DNA from: Octopus sinensis
Lineage: Eukaryota
Direction of reading: 5' to 3'
DNA length: 64,000 bases
Assembly (NCBI RefSeq): GCF_006345805.1
Contig: NC_043019.1
Coordinates: 2,914,001 to 2,978,000 of the forward strand
Position numbers and translations under genes: made by a program. Each line of letters opens with the position of its first letter. Position 1 is the first letter of the stretch. Below, in pieces: positions 24,551 to 37,596 of the stretch. The notes beneath the pieces were generated by a model. It ran no database searches, was not told where the DNA came from, and worked only from the letters and a program-made list of their open reading frames with translations.

Positions 24551-25689
24551 CTGAAAAAAACAAAAAAAAAATCATTAAAGAATCTGACTAAAAGCTGCAA
24601 ATGGTATTTTGGTCAGAACAAGAAAATATTTGTTGTGTATGTACGTACGATCTCTTCTACTATTGTATGGCTTACAATGTAGCGAGTCACTTTGAAGACT
24701 TATCTGAAATCATCTTAGCTATGATTGAAAGGAGTCTTTTTGCTTTTAAACCAATGAGTTATTTAGAATTGTTTCTTTATTTTGATGGTTAATGTTAATT
24801 CAAAGAAAAGCAAGTAAATAAACTATTCAAACATTAATAAGAAATGCTAAAATTTTGGAAACATTTCGAAATACATTTTAATTCTGTAAAACATTTGACA
24901 GTTATGATATAAGAAGCCGTTATCAACTATGCAGAGAATAAATTCTGAGTAGCTTCATGTGCCTTTCGATATGCAGCACAAAAACTAGAATGAGAATGTA
25001 TTACTTGCAAGAAATATACAATATTAACTCATGATCATTACCAATTTAATTAGCTACTATATCAATATGATCAGTACATTACCAGAAATCTTAGAACGAA
25101 TTGTAACTTTCAGTTGACCTCAATAATAGTTTGTAGCAGTAAAGGTCTGGAATCATACTAATTGCAGTTCATTGATACAGTAAAAATTATATAATTATAT
25201 TTTTTGGAGAATATGAAGTAAAGATTATGGAACTTTCATTAAGAAGGATCAATACTCAAATTCTCACCTGATTTAATGATATTGATGTACAACATATTTA
25301 GAGAAAACAGACTATCATAATCATTGTATCCATTTTCTAACAATAGATTAATTAGAAATTAATAGCTATCAACAAAATTGTTCCTTGATAATATCTGCAA
25401 AGTACCAAATCTTCATTTCCTTTCTAAATGTAAAGTTTGTAGCATAATTGAATATCATTTCTATATTATTTATATATATATAGCTTTGTAAAAGATTTTA
25501 CATTTTATATATGAACTTTCTCTCTCTCACTGGGTAACTATGTACCACCTCAGTAGCAATTCACCTGTTTATGCCTCTCAATTTCTCTGTCACACATTTC
25601 ATCATCTAATACTGGATCACCTCTTTTAATGTCCCTCCAATATAGCAAGACACCTGTTTCTATCTCTCTGTTGCTGTCACACTCTAACC

Positions 25690-26021
25690 TTTCATCCACC
25701 GACACAAGTTCCCCTCCTCAAATGTCCCTGCCCCTCTCATAATTCCTTATCTTGTGGGTTACTTGATGACTCTGCCAGTGCTGGTGCCACGTAAAAAGCA
25801 TCCAGTCCACATTTTGAAGTGGCTGGCATTTGGAAAGGCATCCAGCTGTAAAAATCATGCCAAAACTAATCTCACCTGTTCTAGTGTCACCTAAAAAGCA
25901 CTGATTCCATTCTGCCAAAACAGACACAGTAACCTACGGTAGTTTTTCTACCTGGTTGGCCCCTGTCAACTACCCTACCCTTGCTTGCATGGTAGATGGA
26001 TGTTAAGCGATGATGATGATG
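25690..26021 (+). mobile_element. Family E, long form
   Basis: GGTGCCACGTAAAAAGCA...GGCATCCAGCTGTAAAA...TAAGCGATGATGATGAT. Confidence 0.7.
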
Positions 26022-26112
26022 AACTCTATGATAAAGAACTATCTTTGTTTGCTCCAGTAGATTATATTCTAGTAAACCATAAGAATAAACCAAATAAATT
26101 TGATGTACTTAC

Positions 26113-26226
26113 GTCTTTCACAGAATCGACCAGCATAACCATCAGCACATTTGCATCTGAAAGTTGCGGAAGCAGGTTCACAGACCCCACCGTTCTGACA
26201 GGGGTTACTGTCACAGAAGGTTGATG
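26113..26226 (-). CDS. Exon 20: EGF4 (ASTFCDSNPCQNGGVCEPASATFRCKCADGYAGRFCER)
   Basis: 114 nt, ttcttaaag|CA ... AGAC|gtaagt; six-Cys EGF. Confidence 0.93.
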
Positions 26227-26471
26227 CTTTAAGAATAGAAAAGACAAACATTCAATTATCTGGAAAATATGCATTGACATCTATATTTTTTAAACTTATT
26301 TTTATCTTCTTTAAAATATCTGCCCCAGTGACATAATGTAACAGGACAGCTTAAACTATATGTACACATACATTAATATCTAGCATGGCAAGATGTCTCA
26401 CTGTGCTTTGAAGTTTAGACAAGAATTAACACTCAAGATAAATTATAAATGAATATTAACTGTTAAGATTA

Positions 26472-26714
26472 TAATAAATAAATGCGCCCTTTTAAAGCCT
26501 AGCCAGGCTCATGGGCCCAGTTTCAAGGGTGTATATGTTCCCCAGCTGGATGGGACGCCAGTCCATCGCAATGTTACTCATTTTTGCCAGCTGAGTGGAC
26601 TGGAGCAACATGAAATGAAGTATTTTGCTCAAGAACACAATGCGTTGCCTGATCCAGGAATTGAAACCACAATCTTACGATCATGATGCTAACCACTAAG
26701 CCACATGCCTCCAC
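26472..26714 (-). mobile_element. SINE-C head/core with the tail shared with 11104 element; about 14-bp TSD
   Basis: TSD AAC(T/C)GTTAAGATTA at about 26458 and 26715. Confidence 0.8.
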
Positions 26715-27079
26715 AACCGTTAAGATTACCAACATAAAATAATATTAAGCATATATAAGTATCAGTTTCATACAAAATTTTGACCTGTTGCTGCTTTCTT
26801 TCTCAAATTGACGCACATCTAATATTAATCTGTCTTGATAATTTTAAAGCTTAATTCATACACAATGAAATAAAATGTTGATTTGAATTTCATTTTTGTA
26901 TTAGAACAGAATTGTTCAATGAATGCAGCAGCAGATTATTTTAAATTAAGTTTTAAATTCAAAAGATGGAAAGAATATTGAAATATTGTGATTTGAAAAT
27001 ATTTTTTTATTGTATGCATGCCACCATCTTGGAAGCTATATGACACATTCAACAATATTTAATAACTATTTGTGAATAA

Positions 27080-27465
27080 GGCACAGGAGTGGTAAGTAGC
27101 TTGCCAACCACACGGTTCTGGGTTCAGTCCCACTGCCTGGCACCTTGGGCAAGTGTCTTCTACTATAGCCTTGGGCCAACCAAAGCCTTGTGAGTGGATT
27201 TGGTAGACGGAAACTGAAAGGAGCCTGTCGTATATATATATATATATGTATATATATGTGTGTTTGTGTGTCTGTGTTTGTCCCCACCAACATTGCTTGA
27301 CAACCGATGCTGGTGTGTTTATGTCCCCATTACTTAGCGGTTCGGCAAAAAAGACCGATAGAATAAGTACTAGGCTTACAAAGAATAAGTCCTGGGGTCG
27401 ATTTGCTAGACTAAAAAGGCAGTGCTCCAGCATGGCCGCAGTCAAATGACTGAAACAAGTAAAAG
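27080..27465 (+). mobile_element. SINE-A
   Basis: Near full-length homology to 6214-6619. Confidence 0.88.
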
Positions 27466-27760
27466 TGTAAGCTGGAATTGTTTCAGTTTTTTTTTATGCC
27501 AGAGCACAACAGCTTGGGTAGACTAATACCTAATAAGTAGGATTTAATAGACACTGTGGAAGCATGTTATATGTATACTGGTGTGTTGAGTTGCATCTCT
27601 TTTTGTCAATAAGTTAACTTAGTCACTTAATAAACATAGATCAATTAAACACGTTTCATAATACTGGGGTTGCTTATGATAAATTAAAACCTTGATTGCC
27701 TGGCTGCAATCTGGTAACTGAAACCACTGAAATGATAAATTATAAAACCGTGTTGCTTAC

Positions 27761-27988
27761 CTTTACAGAAAGATTGCGTAAGTCCATTTGTATAGTTGAA
27801 AAGACCTTCATAGTTTTCAGCTGTGAAAACATTTAGTAAATATGGTAAACTTGCTATGTCGTAAAGTTCTTTTATGTCATAGTTTGCAATTCCAATTGCA
27901 TAGATATGAGCGATGTTCCTTAAAGCTCTGGCTGATGCTACTGTGTGTTCAGGGTGAATTTTAGACTCAGTATTTGATAAAAAGATTA
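27761..27988 (-). CDS. Exon 19: VWA7 C-part (VIFLSNTESKIHPEHT...AIGI...QSFCK)
   Basis: 228 nt, ctttcacttgcag|TA ... AAAG|gtaag; phase 1-1; not in the ORF track. Confidence 0.88.
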
Positions 27989-28269
27989 CTGCAAGTGAAA
28001 GAAAGATAAATGAGAAATGTTAATTCAGTGACATCATAGAATCTTTCTCAGAGAAATTATCAGTGTATTGTAAGACATAAATTGAGAACTTGAAGATAGT
28101 AATCGATGGGAATAGTCTTGAATATGTACTCAGTGTATATCTGACCAAATTCTATCACTTTTTGAAATATTTACTACCATATATCATAAATCGTTATAAG
28201 AAGGGAGAACATATTGACTGCTACTTATCACACATAAAATTACAATCTATCAACATCAATGAAATTGTA

Positions 28270-28531
28270 GCTGTGATACCAGTGCCGGTGGGACGTAAGA
28301 GAACCATCCAAATGTGGCCGTGCCAGCACCGCCCCGACTAGCCTCCGTGATGGTGGCACGTAAAAAGCACCCACTACAGTCACGGAGTGGGTGGCATTAG
28401 GAAGTGCATCCAGCCGTAGAAACATTGCCAGATCAGACTGGGCCTGGTGCAGCCTTCTGGCTTCCCAGACCCCAGTTGAACCGTCCAACCCATGCTAACA
28501 TGGAAAGCGGACGCTAAACAATGATGATGAT
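28270..28531 (+). mobile_element. Family E
   Basis: Homology to 2735-2921. Confidence 0.75.
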
Positions 28532-28723
28532 AATGATTGGTAATTGATAGTAAAGACATAAAGAATATATTCAATCATGATAAAGTTTATCCTGAAACTT
28601 TGACTTAGTGAAATTATGAAAATGTAAATTAAAACAAATATTTAGGAAAATATTTCTAAAATTTTCAAAATAGATTAAAAGAAAACTTCAATAAATTTTT
28701 AAAATGTAAAGAATTAGGATTAC

Positions 28724-29056
28724 CAAAGTTCTTGACGTCTGGTCGATCTCCGGTTTTATAGTTGAATATTTTGGACCGCACCAATTCTAGAGCTGCTACA
28801 GCATTTGAATTTCCATATTCATAAAGCAGGGAAGAAAGGGCATTCCTTACATCACGTGCAGATGAAAACATATCCAAAGTAAATCCCAAATGGGCTCTAG
28901 AACTGTAAGTAACAGCAGCAACTCTTGATTTATGAGTTCCAATAGACAGTTTCTCAGCTATCTCAATTGCAAACTCTTTCATTAACCTGAACTCTCCAGG
29001 GCTTATATTTCCAGATGTGTCCAATACGAAGACAACATCAACGTTTTGTGCACAAG
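28724..29056 (-). CDS. Exon 18: VWA7 N-part (TCAQNVDVVFVLDTSGNI...GDRPDVKNF)
   Basis: 333 nt, tttcaacag|CT ... TTTG|gtaat; phase 1-1. Confidence 0.92.
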
Positions 29057-30065
29057 CTGTTGAAAAAAACAATAGTTGAATAGTTAGTTGCAGTTCAATG
29101 GATAACAAATTGATAAGTGTATCATGTGATTAACATATACTTGGTATTTCGGAAACAGCTTAATATGGCAAGAATAAAAGAAAGTTGGAAATATTAACAT
29201 AGAGACAAATAAAACATGACTGTTTCATCTAATGTTAACTGATGATAAAATGAGGGCAATAAGTTTGCAGATTTCATATCAATGTTTGTATATCAAGCCT
29301 ACCTCACACTTGAAGTAACATTTTCTGGTAATATTTTCTAGTGCTTACCTAACAACTAACTTCATCATATGTTATGCTTGTGAATTATTTAACATTAAAG
29401 AGAAAGAAGACCATCACATTGATGTGAGTCTAAACTATTTTTTCTTGTTTTGCTTTTGTATTTGGTTTGCAAGATTCTTGATGTGATTTCATGATTTGAA
29501 ACAAATTTTGTTGTACCTAGGTAATAATAATAATAACCCCCACCCACCCACCCAAGTAGCTAACTGACTAACAAATCAATCATTTGTTTAATGTGTTGGT
29601 TAAACAATCAACCAGTTGTTTGATTGTTCACCAAAGCTGTTTCATTGCAGTTTGCAACCTGTTCTGTAACCCATGGCCTCCCTTACCCACTACAAGATCT
29701 GCTTTTGTTTTTGACAATCTGGTTAATTGTTTAACCAAATGATTAATTAGTTAGTTGATTAGATATTTAACCAATTGACTAATAATAAAGGAATTGAACC
29801 TGTATGTGCATTATTTTTGGTGTGATATGACTTTCAAGATTCAACAAAATATTTTCCTGTTAATTGCACAAATTTATGAATTTATAAACTGAATAAAAAT
29901 AGGTAAACTAATAAAATGTTGCACCTACTAATGACAGTAGACCATTGAAAATTGCTATGCCTCAAATTAGAAAACATCATATAAATGTAATATCAAAGTA
30001 ATACAAAATAAAGAAGACTATTAGTAAACATGTCCATTAAATTCACTTTAATAAAGTACACTCAC

Positions 30066-30176
30066 TGCTTTGGCACCATCTTCCAGCAAAACCTCTTGGA
30101 CAGTCACAAACTGCACTTCCTTTATCTATTTGACATGTTCCACCATTCAAACAGGGATTTTCAGAGCAAATTTCCT
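30066..30176 (-). CDS. Exon 17: EGF3 ([37 protein letters not shown])
   Basis: 111 nt, ttacag|AG ... AGCA|gtgagt; six-Cys EGF. Confidence 0.92.
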
Positions 30177-30383
30177 CTGTAATTTAAATAAAAGACATGG
30201 TAAAAATAATATATCTGAACAACTAAATAAGGAATTCATTTAGAGTGAGATTTCTGCTAAACTGAGAAAGAAACAAATATTTCGGCAAATTATGTATATT
30301 TGTATGATTATTAATGGATTAATAAAGTAAGAAAGAAAGAAATGGTAAAAAATGATATATTAAAAAAAAATATATGTAGTTAC

Positions 30384-30533
30384 CATAACATACAGCTGCT
30401 GCTAATTTCTGAATAACATCTGCTACATGTTCTTCTTTGGTCGAATTAGTAATAACAAATTTGTTTTTATCCAATGGCAGTGATACAACATCATTTAAGC
30501 TAGATGCTACAAAAGATGTGCTGCTTACAAGAC
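30384..30533 (-). CDS. Exon 16: VWA6 end (GLVSSTSFVASSLNDVVSLPLDKNKF...AAAVCY)
   Basis: 150 nt, ttttctcag|GT ... TATG|gtaac; phase 1-1; not in the ORF track. Confidence 0.82.
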
Positions 30534-30829
30534 CTGAGAAAACAAAAAATACAAATATTTCATGACATAATTAAATATTTATTTGGATAAACCATATTGA
30601 AGAGGATCTAAAATAATGTTGAAAATAAGATAAGAAGCAGGCAACAATCTGAATATTTTGTATTTTGAAGTGTGCCATACTGTGTCATGGACATCTGTGT
30701 GCTTGACTATGAAATAAGCCAGTTTACCTAATTACAAGTAGAAACCACAAAATGAAATAATTGATACATTTATATATTTGTTTTCCAAGATTTTTGATGT
30801 GAAATAGTGTGTTAAAACAGATATTGTTG

Positions 30830-31321
30830 TATTTAGGAATGGTCATTTTGCCAGTTTAGTCAATAAAAACACACGCACTATATATTTGGTGTTAATTTGC
30901 TTCAGCATTATTTTTTACATTAATCTTAATCTTATTTCGGCCAGAGTTCTTTCGTCACACTCTTGTGACCGCATCAGTGGTCTTTTGCTTTCTTCTTTCT
31001 TATTTGTGTGTCTCTCCTTACTAACCGTCAGCCATTTCGTATTTCTATTGTATAGACGCACATAGAGATATACGCATGCGCAAATGAAGACACATACAAT
31101 AGAAATACAAAATGGCTGACGGTTAGCAAGGAGAGACACACAAATAAGAAAGAAGAAAGCAAAGGACCACTGATGCAGTCACAGGAGTGTGCTGAAAGAA
31201 ATCTGGCTGAAATAAGATTAAGATTAATGTAAAAAATAAATAACGCTGAAGCAAAGTAACATCAACTATATAGTGCATGTGTTTTTATTGGCTAAACTGG
31301 CACAATGACCATCCCTAATTA
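30830..31321. mobile_element. Long foldback element (arms about 225 bp, 40-nt spacer) in VWA-gene intron
   Basis: 30830-31053 is the reverse complement of 31094-31321 with scattered mismatches. Confidence 0.85.
30939..30982 (-). ncRNA. Predicted type I hammerhead-like motif, CUGAUGC core
   Basis: GACCA-CUGAUGC-G-GUCAC(AAGAGU)GUGAC-GAAAG-AA-CUC-UGGCC; stem I has one mismatch; cleavage triplet CUC. Confidence 0.5.
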
Positions 31322-31834
31322 CAGAAATAATTGATATAGTAACTAAAACATTGATAAGCATTTCATTTGCTATAATGTATAACTTGGCAAGCATTGAGTG
31401 GTACAAATTTAACAGAATCAGCTTCATGAACTGCATTAAGATAAAATCTTGTGTCTTTTGTAATTAATGTATAATGACAATAACAACTAAACTAGTTCCT
31501 AGTGTTGATCCATTTGACAGCCAGAGAGTTATTAAAAGAAGCAAGAGAGTTTAAACTATTTACATTTAACAACACTGAATCTTGAGGAGGTACAGTAAAA
31601 TGGTTGTGGTAAATAGATATGCAGCAGAGCAGCACACTAACTTCACAACTTTGCTGCAATACACAGCAGAAACAGTGAAAAATAATAAACAGACAATGGA
31701 TCAAGATACTTTTATAGAGATATTCATATGATTTTAAAATCATTTTGTTCAATATCTTTCAAGTGATGGAAATATAACAATATTTGTAAATTGTAATTTG
31801 TATCTATAAAATAAATCAAGTACAATTTTCTTAC

Positions 31835-32028
31835 CAAGAGCCATAATTCTAGTTCCTTTCATTTTAAGATTTCGGGACTGGAGCAACATTTCATCGAGAT
31901 CTCTTACAGATTTTGTGACAAGTACCAAATAGTTAGGAACATGTAGTCTGTCTCCTAATTTCTGCCGTAACACATCTTGATTGGCCATTCGTAGCGCAGC
32001 ACCAGGGTTAGGGTCAGTTCGTCCAGGT
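31835..32028 (-). CDS. Exon 15: VWA6 middle (RPGRTDPNPGAALRMANQDVLRQKLGDR...IMAL)
   Basis: 194 nt, attaag|A ... CTTG|gtaag; phase 2-1; overlaps ORF 31749..31988. Confidence 0.85.
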
Positions 32029-33179
32029 CTTAATAATAATAATTGCTTTTTATTAAATTGTGTTCAAATTTTACAAAACCAAAGAAAAATTAAATGCTAC
32101 TAAGTCTTCGTGAACGTAATTAATTGCCATTAATTAAAAAATGAAAGAACAAAATAACTGTTGTCTTAAGTTCACTAAAATGAATTCTGATCAATTTATT
32201 TAGATGACACTGCCATTGTTGTTTCACGCTGGGCTAGTAGATCTTATAAGTCATTTTGGTTGTAACCATCCTGTCATATTCTCAAACAGGGTGGATACAA
32301 TAGCACATTATCAAAAATGTATTGTTCTAGGACAATAAAGTATGATTTAATGAAGGTTTGACTTCTACTTCTAGCAGGTTGACTGCAAACTATATGTTCC
32401 ACCAAATATTTAGATTCCTAAATGTTACTACAATACTCTGTCTGTCTTTCTCTTTATCTATCTAGCTTCTCTGGTTCAGACCATATATACCAGAATTGGT
32501 GCAATATTAACTGAATCTGTAGTTATTAGTTCTCTGTTACAATGAAGAATCACAATTCTCTTTTTATATAAAATTAATCATGGGAGTTGGAGTAATGTCT
32601 CTGGCCAGTGCCATTAATATGGCTGATACCCATCCTGAAAATATGCAGGAAAATGTATGGAGAGTAACCAGGAGATTGACTTAAATGATGGCAACAGAGT
32701 GAACTTTGCTAAAAGTATCCAAAGACCAGATGGTATTTTAAACCTTGTGGAGTATCAGTAGAATGGGTTATGAATAAATATACAAACTCGCATCTAAACA
32801 TATTTGGAATCTTGTTAGGAAATAAAAGAGATTATGATGAAGATTGAAACAACCAGTTCCCTCTGTTATCTAACAATTTATCAGGATTCACTCATCTCTC
32901 TTCTCTAAGAGGCCAAGCTTAAGTAAGCTAAAGATGTATTTATTAAAACGTAAACAAATATTTTTCTAGGCATAGACTCATTTGCATAATGGTACAAGTA
33001 AAGTTGTTGACCCAACAACAAGTATCATATGTATGAATACAGCATGGTGAGTTACGTATTAATAAATAATGTAATCATGTCCATCCTATACATATTTAAT
33101 ATCACTATGAAATTAGGCCTACGAGGAAATTTTTGACTGTAACAGTGTTATTTAACAATTCATTAGGATTTACTCAACA

Positions 33180-33562
33180 AGGAGTGGCTGTGTGGTAAGT
33201 AGCTTGCTTGCCAACCACATGGTTCCGGGTTCAGTCCCATTGCATGGCACCTTGGGCAAGTGTCTTCTACTATAGCCTCAGGCTGACCAAAGCCTTGTGA
33301 GTGGATTTGGTAGATGGAAACTGAAAAAAGCCCGTCGTATATATGTATATATGTGTGTGTATGTGTTTGTCCCCCCCAACATCGCTTGACTACCGATGCT
33401 GGTGTGTTTATGTCCCCGTAACTTAGTGGTTCGGCAAAAGAGACCGATAGAATAAGTACTAGGCTTACAAAGAATAAGTCCCGGGGTCAATTTGCTCAAC
33501 TAAAGGCAGTGCTCCAGCATGGCCGCAGTCAAATGACTGAAACAAGTAAAAGAGTAAAGAGA
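33180..33562 (+). mobile_element. SINE-A
   Basis: Near full-length homology to 6214-6619. Confidence 0.88.
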
Positions 33563-34478
33563 ATGTAAGAGGCTGGTTCCCAAGATGTCAAAAGACACTT
33601 GTGCACCTAATTTCACAACAACACTAAATACATGGCTATGTCTTCCATATAATCATTTATAAATTAAATAGGAGAGTGCAAATAATATAACATACACCTC
33701 AGTTATTCAACACCCTGAACAACTAATCATGAGATCATGAAGTGCAGTAGAAGGTAAAACAATACACTGCCATTTGTGTTTAAGATTATTTAATGATCCC
33801 AAATATTTAAATTAGTTAACTTTGTAATCTATATATACTTTCTTCTTTAAATGTAATGTAATATAAATATATTCCTCCAATCGCAAATATATTTCATGGG
33901 TCAGTACTTGGTTGTGGTTTTATGGTATTAACCAGATATGAAGCCTTTACTGAATAGCATGCCAGTCTATAAGGGGTAACAATCCATGATCATCTATTAG
34001 CTAGGGAAACAATCTCACCATGTGATAGCTAAGCGGAGAAACAAATTATCTGTTATTAGGGGTAACAATCCCAGTTCATCCAGTAGCTATGTGAACTGTA
34101 GTAACACAATAAAATCTTCTATTAACAAACACAGCATATCTAACTTCACAAACTATAAAATAAATAGTCCAATCCAGCTCTTTTAATTTTAATTCTACTC
34201 TAAATGCTATCCAAATAATGGAGTGCTATTATCAATGGTTTTCATCATCATCATCATCGTTTTAATGTGCCTTTTTCTATCTTGTATGAGCTAGACATCA
34301 ATGCAGGAATGACTTTTAATGGACATTTAATTGCAAGCTAATTTGGAGAACTAAAAAAAATCAAGAAACTATGCAGAAATAAATAGATGTTAAAGTTTAT
34401 TTAAAAGTGGTCTAAGTGAGTAAAACTACACTGAAACTACAGGGTTGTGATTCAAGAAAAATTAAACGTAAAAATTAC

Positions 34479-34710
34479 CTGAGCATTGATAGAACTGCCA
34501 TCACATCCTGTTTGTGTCTACCTTTATCAAGAGTAAGTCGGAGTCTTGGCTCTGCATCATAGGTTATTACTGCAACTCGTATATTTTGATGACTGAATGA
34601 AAGTCTTTTAATTGTTTTTCGTAACATACGTTTGACCCTTCGGAGAGCTGGCCTTGTTACATAACGTGAAGTATCAATAACTAAAATCATATCAGCTCTA
34701 GAATTACATT
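34479..34710 (-). CDS. Exon 14: VWA6 first part (QCNSRADMILVIDTSRYVT...LSML)
   Basis: 232 nt, ttgcag|AA ... CTCAG|gtaat; phase 1-2. Confidence 0.88.
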
Positions 34711-35466
34711 CTGCAAAAGGAGTAAAATTTGCATTAGTGCTGCAAGTTTCAAATAGAAATTAAAATTTAAGAAGAAAGGACATAAGATAAATAGAAAAAT
34801 TCCTAACGAGAAGTAAAAGTAACAATGTGAACATATGAGCCGAAGCTTAATAATGTCTGGAGATTTGTCTAATTAATAACTGATTTTAAGTTAGAGATGA
34901 ATCAGAGAAAAAATGTGTAGAGAACATTTTTTTTCCTTCATGTCTGAGAAGTGGCACTACTGGAGTAGTTTGAGGTATTCTAGTCGTTAATCTAATATAT
35001 TTTTGATTGTTTTTCTTTATAAGTTCATCTAAGCCAGAAGGACCATGTGTATAACTTTTTCATGCCCGTCTCTCAAATTGTTTTGAGCTACATAGGTTTC
35101 AGTTTGAGTATTTCTAAAGAGGAAATTCTAGATAATGGCAGTTCTAGAAAGTAAAGATTGGAAAAAACAGTTAGTACAAGATGTGATTATTGAGATACAG
35201 TAAAGATAAAAGAGGTGGCATGGTGGGAGAGGGTATACCACTTGACAAATCAGAGGATCAGTATAGATGGCACAGAGAAGATAGAGTTCAGTATGTGGTT
35301 ATACACCCATGGTTGTAGTGTGTTGATCATTAATCTCATGTCAATCAGCAGGGTAGCCTTTACTGAGATTTTGTCTTGGACATTTGTGCGTATAGCAGCA
35401 TCACTGTTGCACATAACACAATAATACTTCAATAGGGATCCCCTTTACATGAATTTTGTGCAGTCA

Positions 35467-35764
35467 TCTCTATATATATAAAACTGAGAATGTGTGTCTG
35501 TCTGTCTGTCTAAAACTTGAGATCTACACAAACAATTTCATTCAAATTTTACACATGCCTTACTTAGGGTCCGGGGAGTGTCATCGGCAAAAAGAAATGT
35601 TCAACTTCTTGCCTAGGTCGAGCCCACAGCAATATCATATCTTCTCCACTATTACGTGTTAAAAGTGAAACAAAAACATTTCTCTATTTTATGTCAGATA
35701 CTTTTACCATAAAAATTAGAGATAACTAGCATTATGACCCATCGTTGCCGGGTCATAGTGCTAG
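35467..35764 (+). mobile_element. Non-autonomous Helitron (298 bp)
   Basis: A|TC start, subterminal hairpin TATGACCC-9nt-GGGTCATA, CTAG|T end, no TSD. Confidence 0.8.
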
Positions 35765-36298
35765 TTGACTGATAAAAGCTGAATAGGTCTAGAAAAGCAA
35801 TCTTAGTTCTTTTTGGGGGTAGTTTTGGTAATCCTACAAGAGTAAAGTTGCTAAGAAAGATTATTTATCATTTACTGCAATATGATATCTTATAGATGTT
35901 TGATGTTCATGACTAAAGACTGCTGCATTCGAATAATATAGCTCAGTAGATTTTTACTCTATAGAAATTTCATCTTTTACACAGCCTCTGTATCAAGCAG
36001 ATAAAAGTAACACTATCTACAATGTAATGTGTGTTATATAGTAGTCTGATGTAATATTACAAATACCTCCTTCATATTTTCTTACTAAATTTCCAACATA
36101 AAGTGAGTGATAGAAGCTCAGCATATTTCAAATCATTAGAATATTTCAGCTAAGATTGGAACTGTCACTGTGTTTAATTATATGTTTATGGTATTATTTC
36201 TTTAGTTTTGTAGAAGGATATGTGCAACATACATCACCTGACTGATCATGTTATTATCATGCTAGTTTCAAAAGATATGCAAAAATGCAACAACATAC

Positions 36299-36412
36299 GC
36301 TTTTCACAATTTTCACCAGTGAAACCTCGTTTACATTCGCATTTATATGTAAATGGATAGTTGACACATTTTCCCCCGTTTAAGCAGGGATTTGGTTCAC
36401 AGTGACTTCGAG
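36299..36412 (-). CDS. Exon 13: EGF2 (TRSHCEPNPCLNGGKCVNYPFTYKCECKRGFTGENCEK)
   Basis: 114 nt, tttacag|CT ... AAGC|gtatg; six-Cys EGF. Confidence 0.93.
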
Positions 36413-36815
36413 CTGTAAAATAAATAAAGTATGAAATAACTACCAACATTTAAACAATAATACAGAAAAAAAGTAACTATTTTAATTTATTATGTGACAA
36501 TGAATATATATGTGTGTGTGTGTGAAATAAAGCATGAATAAATATATTGAGAATACAATAAAAACTTTTTCTATGTTTAAAGTTCATTTCATTGTATTAG
36601 TAGATATGCGGGCTAAGAAAATGTATATAGCTTTTACTCACTGACCAAATAATAAAAATGAAAATAGTAACAAATTTTTAAAGACTGAGAAATGGAAACA
36701 TTAGTTACCTTCTGTCAATGAATGAAATACGTCCAAGAAAAAGGACAGTGTTAAAGTTAGCTACTTAACAGTTTATATAACATTATTATGTGAGAAGTAA
36801 AAGTATAATACATAC

Positions 36816-37053
36816 TTTCAAAAATAGGATGCAATAAGGTATCAGTCATTCCATCTACATCAGCTCCAAAAATTTCAGTTGTTTTTATTCCTTGTGCAGC
36901 TGCAATGGTGTCAAGTTCATAGCTTCTCCGAACATTAAATGCTACGGGTATAATATGAATACCAGAAGAAATGGCTAATTCAGCTTGTCTGAGAGTATCT
37001 TCTCTTGACATATCTATTTGACCATGGGTCAGCAAATAGGCGATGTTTTTGAC
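36816..37053 (-). CDS. Exon 12: VWA5 C-part (VKNIAYLLTHGQ...PIFE)
   Basis: 238 nt, ggctag|GTC ... GAAA|gtatg; phase 0-1. Confidence 0.88.
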
Positions 37054-37150
37054 CTAGCCAAACAGAAAGGGAGTTTGTTTTTTAATATAGAAATCTTTCT
37101 TGATCAATAAAGTTAATCATAAAGCAACAAGAAGACATAATTTTACTTAC

Positions 37151-37470
37151 CCCATCTCGATCTCCATGTCTTGGACTAAATATTTCTTGACTCACAAACT
37201 TTATGGCATTTGCCATATCAGCATGGCCTCGAGTGTAGGAAGTATCATCAATGCTTCGAATAACTGATTCTTGTCTATTAAAGCGGTCTAGATGAAATTC
37301 TATTAAAGGTCGTGAACTGTATTTTACTAAAGCAATGCGGTGGCCACAGTAACCTATAGCTAGATCTCTCACCATACCTTCAGCAAAGCGTTTCATTCTC
37401 TGAAAGGTTCTCCATCCAACACTAGTAGAAGAATCTAGAATAAATGCTACATCAGCTGGTTGTGGACAGA
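37151..37470 (-). CDS. Exon 11: VWA5 N-part (VCPQPADVAFILDSSTSVG...HGDRDG)
   Basis: 320 nt, tttccttctag|TC ... GGG|gtaag; phase 1-0. Confidence 0.93.
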
Positions 37471-37596
37471 CTAGAAGGAAAAAGAAAAGCTTGGTAAACA
37501 TTCGGATTGATTTTACATTTTTTATATGTATTTTGAAATGATAAAACAACCAATTTACCATCGTTCACGTAAACAGAAATAATCACAAATGCTTAC

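Noticed and set aside
36705-36712. Possible 3-nt micro-exon (gacag|AAG|gtaact) on the minus strand
   Set aside because: Expected by chance and not needed for frame continuity.
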